Origin: Lingula anatina
Taxonomy: Eukaryota > Animalia > Brachiopoda
Direction: 5' to 3'
Length of the DNA stretch: 64,000 bases
Assembly: GCA_051362555.1 (NCBI GenBank)
Contig: CM120647.1
Location: forward strand, 12,066,651-12,130,650
The notes beneath the pieces were generated by a model. It saw nothing but the letters and a program-made list of their open reading frames with translations, ran no database searches and was not told the origin of the DNA. Shown one piece after another: positions 62,151-64,000 of the stretch; the stretch's first letter is position 1; every line of letters begins with the position of its first letter. The position numbers were made by a program, and so were the translations under genes.

Positions 62151-64000
62151 TTATTTTTTTTTTGTGAATAGCCAATCACTCTATATTTACCACGAACCAT
62201 TGCTGATGTATTCATTGATATGAATTTTGATTGTATCGGGAAAAGGTTGGGAATTGTGCTTGAGACTGAGAAACTGTTTTCACTGGAATCTAAATTATCC
62301 CCAATATAGGGATGGTGCTATGTTGCCTATTCGTTTCATTCACTTGCTTCATCCACAATTTATTTGTTTAAGGGATGGTTTTCCAGGAATTATTAACAAT
62401 TGCTTCATTTGGCTTTTTTTCATAATTACTATCATTCGTTTATTTGTATTTAATTTCTTAATTTTCTAGTTCATCTTCTACTAAATATTATTAAAAAGAT
62501 TATCATTATGTATTTTCATGAAGGGTGATCTTGAATTTTTAACCTTTATTGAGGCTTTTTCTGAAGTACATTTGTACCTTGGGTCAATTAAATAAGAGCG
62601 TATATATGTTTTTGCCTGACCACTAGAGCTACGACTTACTTTGGGCTTATTGGGTTCTTTTCCGCAAGGTACGCCTTGTACTTGTTTCAACAATTGACTT
62701 TCCGGTTGATTTGGAGCCACAATAAATATAGCTGACATCAGTACATAATAAAGACTGCCTCAATACAAGTATATATTGAAAAGTAACAAAGGTGATGTGA
62801 GTTGTGCCCTATAGATAGCATATTTATCAATTACCAAAACCAGTTCTATCTAGTAAATGAATTATTCTCGTGAGAGAAATGTCCCCACCCAAATAGTAGG
62901 ATGCAGCTATCTAAATGGGGTCTAGTTTAGTTAGCGAAACAACGCAGCTGATAAAATCTGGCCAATCTAAACGACTTCTACACAGTTTAGACTCAAGCAA
63001 AACTACATAATCGGATGAGAAAGGACAATTTTTCATGATTTCAATAAAGTCTAGACATATCATACCAGTACCTATCAAGAAAGAACAATGTATAGTTCCT
63101 TTGTGTAAGTAGATGCTTTACTGCGTTTGTCTTACTCAACACACATATGTTTTCCTTTCAGTCTCATTTCTCAAAACAATTGTGTCATTGTTTTCATGTC
63201 TTGTTTTCCCGTTTGTCAGCAAAGTGTGCACAACTCATCATGCTGGCTTTTTGCAGTCTTCAGGATAGAAAAATGTAGATAATTTTTAAGAATCTGATTG
63301 GACCAGATGCTTGTTATGGCGGAATAGACCTTGACATATCTGAGATATCATATGGTGTTTTATACACTTCTCTATAATTTAAAAGGACCTAAGGTCGAAA
63401 CATATTGATTTTGCGAACAGCTATTTTCACGGTAAGTAATGCGGTCTTTATACATGTAGTATTTTTTCTTAAGAATAGGCGTTTACTGTAAAAATGCAGC
63501 TGTATTTATACTGTTTGTCTAAATATCTTTTATTGTTTATTTCGTCATCCTTTTGGTATGTACCCGGCATCCCAGGGATTTCTTGTCAATATATTTCACG
63601 CAACATTAAGCGCAATGAATTCTGTCAACAGATGAAATATCGTGATATTGAATGTCTGTTTCTGTCTATTTGGAGTTGTATTCTATGTATCCCTGTTCTA
63701 CGTTTGGTAAGGTATTGCAGACCGTGTTTGGGTAGTTGGTACTGTTACGCCCATCTCTACATATCTAGTTCATAACTCAATAGCAATGTTTGCCACTTTT
63801 CCCAAATTCCTTTGAAAGCTATTTCCCTTTAGATAAATAATCATTTTCTTATATCCCTTGGATTTCACATAAGTACATGTAGATTACACATCGTTTAAGA
63901 AGGAGGTAATTAACCTACCTATAATATGGTGCTTACGAGCATAAAATAAATACTCTCTCGAAGAAAATAGTATATTTATACATGCACCTTTCTTACAGGT

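Overview
AT-rich, intron-containing animal genomic DNA with no sign of prokaryotic gene organisation. The repeat types suggest a marine invertebrate, but the species cannot be determined from the sequence alone. The left about 46 kb is a tandem segmental duplication. It carries two minus-strand paralogues of a secreted protein: signal peptide, RSKR furin site, a short variable cationic peptide, EGF / calcium-binding EGF repeats and a C-terminal LCCL domain. Copy A spans 105-11492 with its last exons off-window; copy B spans 28450-39625 and is complete (18 exons, 582 aa). The right end holds a decayed CR1/L2-type LINE and a two-exon BTB-BACK-PHR gene (+). Convergent with it is the most striking feature: a 4-exon, about 1112-aa gene resembling the bacterial VioB/RebD/StaD (indolepyruvate-imine dimer / chromopyrrolic acid synthase) family with its ferritin-like domain. 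It has spliceosomal introns, an added signal-peptide-like exon and Cys-containing insertions, so it is a probable domesticated horizontal transfer. Repeats include two decayed Tc1/mariner copies, several MITE families, a SINE, a Penelope 3' end with a minimal hammerhead ribozyme, and a 4x amplified 800-bp module upstream of paralogue A. All calls come from manual reading; no database searches were run.
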